DNA of 30,899 nucleotides, from positions 1 through 30,899 of the IMG/VR virus record IMGVR_UViG_3300017761_004803; one strand, written 5' to 3'. How positions within the stretch are numbered: the first letter of the stretch is position 1; every line of letters starts with the position of its first letter. Shown piece by piece: positions 1 to 9,945 of this stretch. Under the pieces are notes generated by a model. The model searched no databases. It was given only the letters and a program-made list of their open reading frames with translations, and was not told where the DNA came from. Position numbers and translations under genes: made by a program. This DNA is from a virus. Lineage: Duplodnaviria; Caudoviricetes.

Positions 1-1
1 A

Positions 2-370
2 CAATCTTGGGACTCATTTACTGAGGAAGATAGGACATCATTTAATCCTTATATGGTGCACCGCTTCCTCAGTATGAATCCTGAGTATATTGAGTTTGTA
101 AATTTAATTCAAAATATTCCTTATACTGAGAAGGAAAAAATATATAAGCTATATTTATATATGATTCCAAAGAAAAACATGTTTTTAAAATATATTAAAT
201 CAACAAAAACCAAAACTAGAGAGGAGTTATTACAACATTTAGCTTCCTACTATGAATGCTCTTTGCGTGAGGCGTATGAGTATTATCATATGCATCATAG
301 TGATACTATTAAGAATATTTTAAAGAAAAGAGGTGTTGATGATAAAGAAATTAAAAAGTTATTAAAATGA
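2..370 (+). CDS. Clamp loader small subunit-like protein (T4 gp62-like), 5' end outside window
   Basis: Frame is open from position 2 (QSWDSFTEEDRTSFNPYMVHRFLSMN). The FNPYMVHRFLS motif, 'IPKK..FLKYIK' and 'YYECSLREA' resemble gp62-type subunits. Confidence 0.65.
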   Translation, partial: QSWDSFTEEDRTSFNPYMVHRFLSMNPEYIEFVNLIQNIPYTEKEKIYKLYLYMIPKKNMFLKYIKSTKTKTREELLQHLASYYECSLREAYEYYHMHHSDTIKNILKKRGVDDKEIKKLLK

Positions 371-570
371 AACTAGATAGTATTGTAACATCAGTTATAA
401 AACAATTTGAAGAACGTAGTATCAAAGGTAAAGAAAAATATGGTACTGATTTAGATAGAGAAGATTTAGCTTTAATAGATTGGATAGAGCATGCTAAACA
501 AGAGCATATGGATGCTATTCTATATCTAGAAAAACTTAAACAACAATATCTTAAAGAATTTGAATCGTGA
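367..570 (+). CDS. Small phage protein, possible all-alpha NTP pyrophosphohydrolase (MazG-like) fold
   Basis: KGKEKYGTDL...DWIEHAKQEHMDAILYL pattern with spaced acidic residues; ATGA overlap with the upstream gene. Confidence 0.45.
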   Translation: MKLDSIVTSVIKQFEERSIKGKEKYGTDLDREDLALIDWIEHAKQEHMDAILYLEKLKQQYLKEFES

Positions 571-1496
571 AAATACCTTCTATAGTAAAAACGATTCAAA
601 AACAACCTATACAAGAAATTAATTATGCCTACCATAAAACAATTTCTTATAGCCAGTTCTCTATTTATCATGAATGTCCTCACAAATGGGAATTACAATA
701 CAAAGATGGATTACAACCCTACCAATCTACTATTCATACTGTCTTCGGAACCGCTATGCATAGTGCTATTCAGCATTATCTCACTTTAGCATATAATGAA
801 AGTGCCGCGGCTGCAGATAGATTTGATATAGAAACATTTTTTGAAGACGAATTTAGAAAAACATACTTAGAAGAGTATAAAGCAAATAAAGACACTCACT
901 TCAGTAGTGCAGTTGAAATGAGAGAATTTTTTGATGATGGTATAGCTATTATAAATTACTTTAAGAAAAAACGAGGTAATTACTTTAGTAAACGAGGATG
1001 GTATTTAGTTGCTTGTGAGTTACCTATTGTCACAACACCTAATAATGCGTTTAAAAACGTTTTATACAAGGGTTATATTGATATGGTGATGTATCATGAA
1101 CCTACAAATACCTTTAAAATATACGACTTTAAAACATCAACTCGAGGATGGAATGAAAATGCTAAAAAAGATGAGCGCAAACAATTTCAATTACTATTCT
1201 ATAAAAAATACTTTAGTGATCAATATGGTGTTCCTGAAGATAATATTGATGTTGAGTTTATTATATTAAAGAGAAAAATATGGGAAGAAAGTGAATATCC
1301 TCAAAGTCGAGTTCAAGAATTCGCTCCTCCAAGTGGTAAAATTAAAATGAAAAAAGCATTAACTGCTATAAATAATTTTATAAATGAATGTTTTAATATA
1401 GATGGAACATACAAAGACACATCACATATCATAACACCAAGTAAAAACTGTCAATGGTGTCCTTTTAATGAAAGGAAAGATCTTTGTAACAAATAG
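567..1496 (+). CDS. PD-(D/E)XK exonuclease, Cas4/AddB-like with 4-Cys Fe-S staple
   Basis: ISYSQ...ECP, FGTAMH, E, GYID, IYDFKT, QLLFY and C-terminal CQWCPF...C. GTG start overlapping the upstream TGA. Confidence 0.85.
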   Translation: MKIPSIVKTIQKQPIQEINYAYHKTISYSQFSIYHECPHKWELQYKDGLQPYQSTIHTVFGTAMHSAIQHYLTLAYNESAAAADRFDIETFFEDEFRKTYLEEYKANKDTHFSSAVEMREFFDDGIAIINYFKKKRGNYFSKRGWYLVACELPIVTTPNNAFKNVLYKGYIDMVMYHEPTNTFKIYDFKTSTRGWNENAKKDERKQFQLLFYKKYFSDQYGVPEDNIDVEFIILKRKIWEESEYPQSRVQEFAPPSGKIKMKKALTAINNFINECFNIDGTYKDTSHIITPSKNCQWCPFNERKDLCNK

Positions 1497-1500
1497 TATT

Positions 1501-1522
1501 TTTGTATATATTTATATACAAA
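1501..1522 (+). promoter_or_regulatory. Perfect 10-bp inverted repeat TTTGTATATA-TT-TATATACAAA with TATTTAT at the apex
   Basis: Read directly; fills the intergenic gap 7 nt upstream of ATG 1530. Confidence 0.6.
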
Positions 1523-1529
1523 TGACGTT

Positions 1530-1715
1530 ATGGATAAAAAAGATATGACATTAACAAGCGTAAAAGTTCAAAGCGACTTGTTTGACGATTTTAAAATGGA
1601 ATGTGTTAAGCGAAAATTCTCTTTACAAAAACTTGTAGACAGAGCAGTCCATTTATATCTTACATCAGATGAATTTAGAAAATCAATTCACAATCACAAT
1701 AATTTAAATCGATAA
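1530..1715 (+). CDS. Small ribbon-helix-helix-like DNA-binding protein
   Basis: Beta-strand LTSVKV followed by helices LFDDFKMEC and SLQKLVDRAVHLYL; 61 aa. Confidence 0.55.
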   Translation: MDKKDMTLTSVKVQSDLFDDFKMECVKRKFSLQKLVDRAVHLYLTSDEFRKSIHNHNNLNR

Positions 1716-1723
1716 AAAGTTTT

Positions 1724-3160
1724 ATGAATCAAAGTTTTGCTTATTTACCTCCAGATAAAAGGAAAAAAATACTTTTAATCTGTGATGATATTAGAGTACA
1801 TTCAGGTGTAGCTACTGTTGCTAGAGAATTAGTATTAAACACAGCCCAGCATTTTAATTGGGTAAATGTAGGGGGTGCTATTAATCACCCGGACGCTGGT
1901 AAACGAATGGATTTATCAACTGATACTAATAGTACTACTAGTTTAACTGACAGCTCTGTTATTTTATATCCAACTAATGGATATGGAGATGTTAGATTAA
2001 TTAGACAATTAATCCAAATTGAAAAACCTGATGCTATTTTCTTAATTACTGATCCAAGATATTTTATTTGGTTATTCCAAATTGAAAATGAGATTAGAAA
2101 GAAAATGCCTATCATTTATCTTAACATTTGGGATGACTATCCGGCCCCAATGTATAATAAAGCATATTATGAATCATGTGATGCTCTATTAGCTATCTCT
2201 AAACAAACTAAAAATATTAATACTTTAGTACTAGGCGATAAAGCTAAAAATAAAATTATTGAGTATGTACCTCATGGTTTAAATGAAGATATTTTTAAAC
2301 CACTTGATATTAATACACCTGAATTAAAAGAATTTAAAAAGAAATTATTTGGAAATAAAGAAATTGATTTTGTTTTATTCTTCAACTCACGAAATATTCG
2401 CCGCAAACAGATCCCAGATACAATGATGGCTTATAAGTTATTTATTGATGAATTATCTGAAGAACAAGCAAAGCGTTGTGCATTTGTATTACATACTCAA
2501 GTAGTAGATGATAATGGTACTGACTTAGAAGCAGTAAGAGAATTATTATTCGGTGATGATTTAAAATACAATATTATTTTCTCACCTCATATGCTCCCAG
2601 CTGATCAAATGAATCTACTTTATAATAGTACTGACTGTCAAATTTTATTAACTAATAATGAAGGTTGGGGATTAAGTTTAACAGAAGCATTATTAGCAGG
2701 AAATCCAATTATTGCTAATGTAACAGGTGGAATGCAAGATCAAATGCGTTTTAGTAAAAAAGATAAATGGATTGATTTTGATGAAAAATTTCCTTCTAAT
2801 CATAATGGTACTATTAAAGAGCATGGTGAATGGGCCTTCCCAGTCTACCCAACTAACCGCTCAATTCAAGGTTCACCATTAACACCATATATTTGGGATG
2901 ATAGATGCAATGCAGAAGATGCAGCTGAACAAATTAAAGCAGTTTATGACTTGTCTAAAGAAGAAAGAAAAGCTCGAGGTTTAAAAGGACGTGAATGGGC
3001 TTTAAGTGATGAAGCAGGATTCACAAGTTCAAATATGGGTAAAAAAGTTATCACAACTTTAGATAAATTATTTAAAACTTGGAAACCAAGAAAAAAATAT
3101 GAATTAGTGAACACTAATGAAGTTAAACCCAAAACTGTACCTCATAAATTAGTTTATTAA
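1724..3160 (+). CDS. GT-B fold glycosyltransferase (GT4-like)
   Basis: SGVATV near the N-terminus, VPHG, RNIRRKQ, and EGWGLSLTEA (EX7E) donor-binding motif. Confidence 0.9.
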   Translation: MNQSFAYLPPDKRKKILLICDDIRVHSGVATVARELVLNTAQHFNWVNVGGAINHPDAGKRMDLSTDTNSTTSLTDSSVILYPTNGYGDVRLIRQLIQIEKPDAIFLITDPRYFIWLFQIENEIRKKMPIIYLNIWDDYPAPMYNKAYYESCDALLAISKQTKNINTLVLGDKAKNKIIEYVPHGLNEDIFKPLDINTPELKEFKKKLFGNKEIDFVLFFNSRNIRRKQIPDTMMAYKLFIDELSEEQAKRCAFVLHTQVVDDNGTDLEAVRELLFGDDLKYNIIFSPHMLPADQMNLLYNSTDCQILLTNNEGWGLSLTEALLAGNPIIANVTGGMQDQMRFSKKDKWIDFDEKFPSNHNGTIKEHGEWAFPVYPTNRSIQGSPLTPYIWDDRCNAEDAAEQIKAVYDLSKEERKARGLKGREWALSDEAGFTSSNMGKKVITTLDKLFKTWKPRKKYELVNTNEVKPKTVPHKLVY

Positions 3161-3174
3161 TACCAAAAAGTTAT

Positions 3175-4485
3175 ATGAAACCATTATTTTTTATTTCATG
3201 CCCTATTGACACTTATAGTGGATATGGTGCCCGATCTCGAGATCTAGTTAAAGCAATTATTGAACTAGACAAATATGAAGTTAAAATTCTTCCTCAAATG
3301 TGGGGTAATACTCCTTGGGGATTTATTGAAGATAACCATGAGTGGAAATTTTTAATCCCACATTTATGGCATCAACCTCAACTCCCAAAACAGCCTGAAG
3401 TATGGATGCAGATTACAATCCCAAGTGAATTCCAATCTATTGGTAAATATAATATTGGTGTCACAGCAGGTATTGAAACAACATTATCACCTGGTGATTG
3501 GGTTGAAGGTATTAATAGAATGAATTTAACATTAACTTCTTCTGAACATTCAAAAGATACATTTATTAAGACTATACTTCAAAAAGTAGATCAACGTACT
3601 AATCAAACACTTGGAGAAATTAAAGTTGAACAACCTATTGAAGTATTGTTTGAAGGAGTAGATACTAATGTTTATAAATCACTTGATACAGTAGAATCAT
3701 TTCCTGAATTGAATGATATTAAAGAAAAATTCTGCTACTTGTTTGTAGGTCACTGGATTAATGGTGATTTAGGTGAGGATAGAAAGAATGTTGGTTTACT
3801 AATTAAAGCATTCTATGAAACATTTAAGAATAAAAAACAAAAACCAGCACTTATTTTAAAAACATCTCAAGCTGGTTCTTCTTATATTGATCGAGATGAA
3901 ATTTTAAAACGAATTAATTTAATTAAAAAAACAGTTAATTCAACTGATTTACCTAACATTTATTTACTACATGGTGAATTTACTGATTCTGAAATGAATG
4001 AGTTATATAACCATTCTAAAGTAAAAGCAATGATTAATTTAACTAAAGGTGAAGGTTTTGGTCGCCCATTACTTGAATTTAGTCTAACTAAAAAACCAAT
4101 CATTACAACTAATTGGAGTGGCCATAAAGATTTCTTAGATGAAAAATTCACCAGTATGCTCCCAGGTACTATGACTAATGTTCATCCAAGTGCGGCTAAT
4201 AATTGGTTATTAAAAGAATCACAATGGTTTTCAGTTGATGCTGGTCATATAGGACACCACCTAAAAAACATGTTTGAAAATTATAAAACATATATTGATG
4301 GTGCTAAACGTCAAGCTTATAAAAGCAAAAATGAATTTAGTTGGGAAGCAATGAAGGATAAAGTGAGTCAATTGTTTGATCAATATATTCCTGAATTTCC
4401 TAAAGAAATTAAATTACAATTGCCTAAATTAGATAAAATTGAATTACCAAAACTTAAAAAAATAGAAGAAAATGTCACCAGATAA
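3175..4485 (+). CDS. GT-B fold glycosyltransferase (GT4-like)
   Basis: SGYG, EGVD, DRKNV, GEGFGRPLLE (EX7E), TNWSGH. Confidence 0.9.
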   Translation: MKPLFFISCPIDTYSGYGARSRDLVKAIIELDKYEVKILPQMWGNTPWGFIEDNHEWKFLIPHLWHQPQLPKQPEVWMQITIPSEFQSIGKYNIGVTAGIETTLSPGDWVEGINRMNLTLTSSEHSKDTFIKTILQKVDQRTNQTLGEIKVEQPIEVLFEGVDTNVYKSLDTVESFPELNDIKEKFCYLFVGHWINGDLGEDRKNVGLLIKAFYETFKNKKQKPALILKTSQAGSSYIDRDEILKRINLIKKTVNSTDLPNIYLLHGEFTDSEMNELYNHSKVKAMINLTKGEGFGRPLLEFSLTKKPIITTNWSGHKDFLDEKFTSMLPGTMTNVHPSAANNWLLKESQWFSVDAGHIGHHLKNMFENYKTYIDGAKRQAYKSKNEFSWEAMKDKVSQLFDQYIPEFPKEIKLQLPKLDKIELPKLKKIEENVTR

Positions 4486-4933
4486 AATTATAACTTGCCC
4501 TAAATCAGGAGGTGACTTGTGTTATGAAACACAAGTTACACCTGAAATTACAAATTGGATGTCTCTATCTTGTGGTTATTGGACTAACAGTTTAATGACA
4601 GAAGGAAGTGATTTCTATAATGAACAGATGGAAGTGCTACCTGAGTTATATAAAGCATTAGCTTGGAAAGACTCTAACACTAATTTAATTTGGTTACCAC
4701 AAACAATCAACCACCCAGCACAAGGTATGATATTTGCAAATGGTACTAATGCTAATGAATGGAAATGGGCTGCTGTTAAAGCAACTCAAGTAACAGAAGA
4801 AGAAAAAGAAAAATACCCAATCCCAAAACAACCAGGTAAATTCTATGAATATAGAATGAATATGGATACACTTCAACATTTTGAAGAAAGAGAATTTATA
4901 GATGCTTTAGAATATGTTGGCCTATTAGGATAA
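4472..4933 (+). CDS. Hypothetical phage protein, possible degenerate N-terminal Zn ribbon
   Basis: 153 aa ORF overlapping the upstream GT; CPKS...C...SCGY. Confidence 0.6.
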   Translation: MSPDKIITCPKSGGDLCYETQVTPEITNWMSLSCGYWTNSLMTEGSDFYNEQMEVLPELYKALAWKDSNTNLIWLPQTINHPAQGMIFANGTNANEWKWAAVKATQVTEEEKEKYPIPKQPGKFYEYRMNMDTLQHFEEREFIDALEYVGLLG

Positions 4934-4946
4934 TTTATTATATTAA
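4916..4946 (+). promoter_or_regulatory. Degenerate promoter-like element TTGGC...TTTATTATATTAA
   Basis: GTTG-N19-TATATTAA, 6 nt upstream of ATG 4953. Shares TTGGC and TTTATTATATTA with 14829-14860. Confidence 0.5.
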
Positions 4947-4952
4947 GGTTAT

Positions 4953-5576
4953 ATGAAAATTAGTTATGCTATTACAGTTTGTAATGAACTGGAAGAAATT
5001 AAACGTCTAATTAGTTTCCTCCATCAACATAAACGCCCTGAAGATGAAATTTGTGTTTTATTAGATAAACCAAAAGCCTCTTTAGAGCTATTATATCAAT
5101 TAAGTATATATTCTTCTGAAGATTTTATTATCTTAACAGAAAGTGAATTTAAAGGGCATTTTGCTGATTGGAAAAATCAACTAATGAACTTATGCTCTGG
5201 GGATTATATTTTTCAAATTGACGCTGATGAATTACCTAATGAGTATCTAATTAAATCATTACCTAAAATTTTAGAGACTAATCCAACTGTAGAAACATAT
5301 GTTGTTCCAAGAGTTAATACTGTAGAAGGCTTAACTCCAGAACATATTGTTAAATGGGGATGGCATGTTAATGAAAATGGATGGGTTAATTGGCCTGATT
5401 ATCAATGGAGAATCTATAAAAATACTCCTGATATTAAATGGAAAAATAAAGTTCATGAAGTTATAGAAGGATACAAAACCATGGCTCAATTACCAGCATA
5501 TGAAGATTTAGCTCTATACCATCCTAAAACAATAGAACGTCAAGAAAAACAAAATAACTATTATAATTCATTATGA
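4953..5576 (+). CDS. GT-A fold glycosyltransferase (GT2-like)
   Basis: ISYAITVCNE, FADWKN, IFQIDADE (DXD), VHE. Confidence 0.88.
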   Translation: MKISYAITVCNELEEIKRLISFLHQHKRPEDEICVLLDKPKASLELLYQLSIYSSEDFIILTESEFKGHFADWKNQLMNLCSGDYIFQIDADELPNEYLIKSLPKILETNPTVETYVVPRVNTVEGLTPEHIVKWGWHVNENGWVNWPDYQWRIYKNTPDIKWKNKVHEVIEGYKTMAQLPAYEDLALYHPKTIERQEKQNNYYNSL

Positions 5577-5974
5577 ATAAAGTATGGGTAAATGGTTCTT
5601 TTGATGTTGTTCATATAGGACATATAAAATTACTTGAATATGCGAGTACATTAGGAAAAGTTAAAGTAGGTATTGATACTGATGAAAGAATTAAAAAATT
5701 CAAAAGTAAAGACAGACCATTTAATACATTAATAGATAGAATTGAATTCTTACACTCTATAAAATATGTTGATACTGTTGAAATATTCAACACAGATAAT
5801 CAATTAATTAATCTTATTAAACAATATCAACCAGATTGTATGGTTATTGGAAGTGATTATAGAGATAAACCTATTGTAGGATTAGAATATATACCTAAAA
5901 TAATTTATTTTGATAGAATAAAAAATAAATCAACAACTGAAATTTTAAATTATGGAAAAACCAATAGTTTGTGA
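5573..5974 (+). CDS. HIGH-family sugar-phosphate nucleotidyltransferase (HldC/RfaE domain II or TagD-like)
   Basis: NGSFDVVHIGH, K...RPFN...R, GSDY, RIKNKSTT. Confidence 0.88.
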   Translation: MNKVWVNGSFDVVHIGHIKLLEYASTLGKVKVGIDTDERIKKFKSKDRPFNTLIDRIEFLHSIKYVDTVEIFNTDNQLINLIKQYQPDCMVIGSDYRDKPIVGLEYIPKIIYFDRIKNKSTTEILNYGKTNSL

Positions 5975-6323
5975 AGGGTGTAAAGTACCTAAAGGTTGGG
6001 GTGAAGAATTAATTATTGAAAATAATGAATTATACTGTGGTAAACTTTTAATTTTTAAAAAAGGATGTAAATTTAGTATGCACTATCATATGATAAAAGA
6101 TGAAACATGGTATGTTGATAAAGGAACTTTTATATATAGATGGATTGATACTGAAACAGCTGACTTAAAAGAACAAACATTAACCTCAGGAGATATTGTA
6201 AGACAACAACCAGGCCAACCTCACCAGTTAGAAGCTTTAGAAGATGGAGTAGTATTTGAAGTCTCTACTCAGCATTTTGACTCAGACTCATATCGTGTAT
6301 GGAAAGGAGATTCACAAAAATAA
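5952..6323 (+). CDS. Cupin sugar isomerase-like protein
   Basis: KGWG.E, SMHYHMIKDETWYV, PHQL, EVST metal-binding cupin motifs. Confidence 0.8.
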   Translation: MEKPIVCEGCKVPKGWGEELIIENNELYCGKLLIFKKGCKFSMHYHMIKDETWYVDKGTFIYRWIDTETADLKEQTLTSGDIVRQQPGQPHQLEALEDGVVFEVSTQHFDSDSYRVWKGDSQK

Positions 6324-6332
6324 ATAAAAAAT

Positions 6333-6734
6333 ATGGAAAGAAAGTATTTACCAACATTAAGTGAATTGATAGATAGACTATCAATTGTACAACTCAAAGA
6401 AGTATTCATCTCTGAACATAAAGATGAATACGCTAAAGAAATAGCCGATATAGTTCATGATATTCAAGCTCATATTAATGAAAATAAATCAGAAATTACA
6501 GCTGAGACAATTCGAGCTATAGTAGTTTTAAGTCAAATGAATTTACATATTTGGCATAATGAGTCTAATTATCGTAAAGGTATTAAAGACGGTAATAATC
6601 TTGAATTAACTCACGGATTAAATGGTATTCGTAATACAGCTAAAAATAAAATACAAGAAGTTGTAGGTGGTAGAAAAGATTATAAAATTGATTGTTTAGC
6701 TGCTGAATTTAAAGGTTGGAATATAAGTTGGTAA
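6333..6734 (+). CDS. Hypothetical helical protein associated with glycan loci
   Basis: LSELIDRLSIVQLKE...NLHIWHNE...N..RN..KNKI pattern recalls DUF6165-like proteins (from memory). Confidence 0.55.
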   Translation: MERKYLPTLSELIDRLSIVQLKEVFISEHKDEYAKEIADIVHDIQAHINENKSEITAETIRAIVVLSQMNLHIWHNESNYRKGIKDGNNLELTHGLNGIRNTAKNKIQEVVGGRKDYKIDCLAAEFKGWNISW

Positions 6735-6750
6735 TAAATAAAATTTAAAC

Positions 6751-7464
6751 ATGGGATTATATAGACATCCAAATGAAGTAACTCCACGAGTTCATGATGC
6801 TGATACAAAAGACATGACTGAATGGGCTGAGGAAAATAAACATAATTATACTTCAAAACGGTTAGAAGAAGAAGCTTGGAAAGCAAGATATGAGCATGAA
6901 GCTAATATTATAAGTTCAATTATTAATAAAACTGAAGTATCAAAAATATTAGAATTAGGACCTGGACCTGGGGCTTTAGCTCAAGAAATTTATAAAAAAG
7001 TTAATCATGATATAGATTATCATTTAATTGATAAACCTATAGCTAAACAAGTATTTGAAGAAAAAAAATATAAAGGCAAATTCTTTGTAAAAGATATGTC
7101 TGATGGTTTAGATATTGAGGGTTTAGATGAAGAATATCATATGGTGATGGCTAATGATTTTTTAGAGCATGTTTTTAATCCATCTCATATAATGAGACAA
7201 TCTCATAAGCTTTTAGTAGATGGAGGATTATTTTTTGTTAGTGTTCCTAATTGGAGAATGGGTCATAATTGGATATATAGAGGATTATTTGATTATGACA
7301 ATTGGATATTGTTTATGGAATATCATAATTTTGAATTTTTAGGAGAATATAAATCTAATTTAGTTTGCCCATATAGCCCTAAACTAGACAGTGAAACATT
7401 ACTTCCAGATGAGTTAATTCAAAGTTGGAATTGGTATATGTTATTTAAAAAAGTTAATATATAA
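6751..7464 (+). CDS. Class I SAM-dependent methyltransferase
   Basis: ILELGPGPG motif I, DFLEHV, LVDGGLFFVSVPN. Confidence 0.88.
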   Translation: MGLYRHPNEVTPRVHDADTKDMTEWAEENKHNYTSKRLEEEAWKARYEHEANIISSIINKTEVSKILELGPGPGALAQEIYKKVNHDIDYHLIDKPIAKQVFEEKKYKGKFFVKDMSDGLDIEGLDEEYHMVMANDFLEHVFNPSHIMRQSHKLLVDGGLFFVSVPNWRMGHNWIYRGLFDYDNWILFMEYHNFEFLGEYKSNLVCPYSPKLDSETLLPDELIQSWNWYMLFKKVNI

Positions 7465-7477
7465 TTAAAAATAATTT

Positions 7478-8416
7478 ATGAAAAAAGTTTTAATCACAGG
7501 TGGAGCTGGTTACCTAGGCTCAGTTTTATCAGAGGTATTATTAAATAAAGGATACCAAGTAACAGTTATAGATAGTTTACTATATAAACAAACATCAGTA
7601 GCTCCTTTTACCTTTAATAAAAATTTTAAATTTATTTTAGGTGATATTAGAGATAAACAATTACTAAAACCATTAGTAGAATCTCATGATGTTATTATTC
7701 CTTTAGCAGCTATAGTAGGAATGCCAGCTTGTAAAGCCAACCCAGAATTAACTATTCAAGTTAATTATGAGCAAGTAAAAAATATTACTGAATGGGTTAC
7801 TAAAAACCAAATGGTAATGATTCCTAATACTAATAGCTAATATGGTTCTTCAACTGAAATTATTACTGAAGACAGCCCGTTTAAACCACTTTCATTATAT
7901 GCTGAGACAAAATGTGATGCTGAAAAAGCATTATTAGATTCTGGTAACGGTATTGCTTTAAGATTAGCTACTGTATTTGGAATGTCATATAGAATGAGAA
8001 TGGATTTGTTAGTTCAAGATTTTGTTTATAAAGCAGTAAATGATGGTTATTTAGTATTATTTGAATCACATTTTACTCGTAATTATATTCATATTAGAGA
8101 TATTGCTAATACATTTTTATTCATGATTGAAAATTATGATAAATGTAATAATAATGCTTTTAATGTTGGTTTAACAGAAGCTAATTGTACTAAATTAGAA
8201 TTAGCTCAAACTATTCAAAAGTTTATTCCTGACTTAGTTATTGTTCAAAATGAATTTAAACAAGATTTTGATCAAAGAAATTATATGGTTTCAAATGCTA
8301 AATTAGAATCTAAAGGATGGAAACCACAATTTACATTAGAAGATGGTATTCAAGAATTAATTCAAGGATATCAATTAATCACTAAATTCAAAAATAAAGA
8401 TTTTACAAACTTATGA
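7478..8416 (+). pseudogene. Extended SDR NAD-dependent epimerase/dehydratase/reductase with a single in-frame TAA at 7838-7840
   Basis: TGGAGYLG, LAAIVG, PNTNS*YG, catalytic YAETK and RLATVFG lie in one continuous frame across the stop. ORFs 7478-7840 and 7982-8416 are halves of one gene. Confidence 0.85.
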
Positions 8417-9945
8417 TAGATGTTTTATTTATAGCTCCAGGTAATGCTACAGGTGTTTACCAAGGACTAGCTAAAGATTATTCAGCAATTGAACCCCCAA
8501 CTTGGGCTTTATTATTAGCTGAATCTTGTCGCTCTAAAGGTTATACAGTTGGACTTATTGATGCTAACGCTGAAGAATTAAATAGGGGACAAGTATTAGA
8601 AAGGGTTCAATCTTTAAATCCTCGTCTTGTTTGTTTTGTAGTTTATGGTCAAAATGTAAATGCTGGAACTGTAAGCATGAGTGGTGCTGTTTACTTATCT
8701 GAATACTTAAAAGAATGTGGGGTGAAAATACCTATTGCTTATATTGGTTCTTATATTCAAGCTGTACCAACTAAAGCTTTAAATGATGAATCTTCAATTG
8801 ATTTTGGTTTTACAAATGAAGGTGTTTATGCCTTACACAATGTATTAGCTCAAGAAACAATTGATATAAATAATTTAAGTCATGTTAAAGGCATTGTATG
8901 GAGACAAAATGGTATTCCTAAAATTAACTTATCAGAAAAAGTAGTACCTAATGAATTAATGGATATTGACCTCCCAGGATATGCTTGGGATCTACTTCCA
9001 ATGAAAGAAAAACCACTTGATTTATATCGTGCTCCTATGTGGCATGCTGAATATGATCAAGATAAAAGATCACCATATGCTGCTATTCAAACATCTCTTG
9101 GATGTCAATTTGGATGTGATTTCTGTATGATTAATATTTTAAATAGAGATAATGAAGATGAAATTGGTGTAGCGGGAAATCATAGTTTAATGAGATACTG
9201 GTCACCTGAGTTTATTATTAAAGAATTTGATAAATTAGTTGAACTAGGAGTTTATACAATTAAAATCACTGATGAAATGTTTTTACTTAATCGTAAATAC
9301 TATGTTCCATTATGTGAGATGCTTCGAGATAAAGGCTATGGTGAATTTTTAAGAATGTGGGCTTACTCTAGAGTAGATACTGTTCGTCGTCCTGATTTGC
9401 TTAAATTAGTTAGAGAAGCAGGTATTAAATGGTTAGCTTTAGGTATTGAAAGTGGAGATAAAACAGTTCGTTTAGAAGTATCTAAAGGTAGATTTGAAGA
9501 TGTTGATATTAATAAGGTTATTCAACATGTACATGATGCTGATATTGAAGTAATGGCTAATTACATATTTGGTTTACCTGGTGATACTAAAGAAAGCATG
9601 CAAAAAACTTTAGATTTATCTAAAGAATTATGCACATTTGGATGGAATGCTTATGCTGCTATGGCTTTACCTGGGAGTATATTGTATAAAGATGCTGTTG
9701 AAAAAGGTATACCATTGCCTGACACTTATGAAGGATATTCATTTCATGGATATGAAACACTTCCATTACCTACTGATACATTAACTGCAGCTGAAGTATT
9801 AGAATTTAGAGATAAAGCATTTGATGATTATCATTCTTATCCTCCATTTTTAGAAAAAGTAAAAAATAAATTTGGACAAATAGCAGTTGATAATATATTA
9901 GATATGTTAAAAGTAAAATTAAAAAGAAAAATAAATGAACTATAA
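8413..9945 (+). CDS. Cobalamin-binding radical SAM enzyme (class B-like)
   Basis: N-terminal B12-binding-like domain (EPPTWALLLA), TSLGCQFGCDFC CX3CX2C motif, TDEMF, GIESG, FGLPGDT. Confidence 0.9.
   Translation: MIDVLFIAPGNATGVYQGLAKDYSAIEPPTWALLLAESCRSKGYTVGLIDANAEELNRGQVLERVQSLNPRLVCFVVYGQNVNAGTVSMSGAVYLSEYLKECGVKIPIAYIGSYIQAVPTKALNDESSIDFGFTNEGVYALHNVLAQETIDINNLSHVKGIVWRQNGIPKINLSEKVVPNELMDIDLPGYAWDLLPMKEKPLDLYRAPMWHAEYDQDKRSPYAAIQTSLGCQFGCDFCMINILNRDNEDEIGVAGNHSLMRYWSPEFIIKEFDKLVELGVYTIKITDEMFLLNRKYYVPLCEMLRDKGYGEFLRMWAYSRVDTVRRPDLLKLVREAGIKWLALGIESGDKTVRLEVSKGRFEDVDINKVIQHVHDADIEVMANYIFGLPGDTKESMQKTLDLSKELCTFGWNAYAAMALPGSILYKDAVEKGIPLPDTYEGYSFHGYETLPLPTDTLTAAEVLEFRDKAFDDYHSYPPFLEKVKNKFGQIAVDNILDMLKVKLKRKINEL

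Noticed and set aside
567-1496. CRISPR-Cas system (Cas4-like protein)
   Set aside because: No cas1/cas2 or effector genes and no repeat-spacer array; stand-alone Cas4-like nucleases are common in phages.
7838-7840. Genome-wide stop-codon reassignment
   Set aside because: Only one internal stop was seen. TAA, TGA and TAG all end genes at positions matching the next gene's start, and coding density is high under the standard code.
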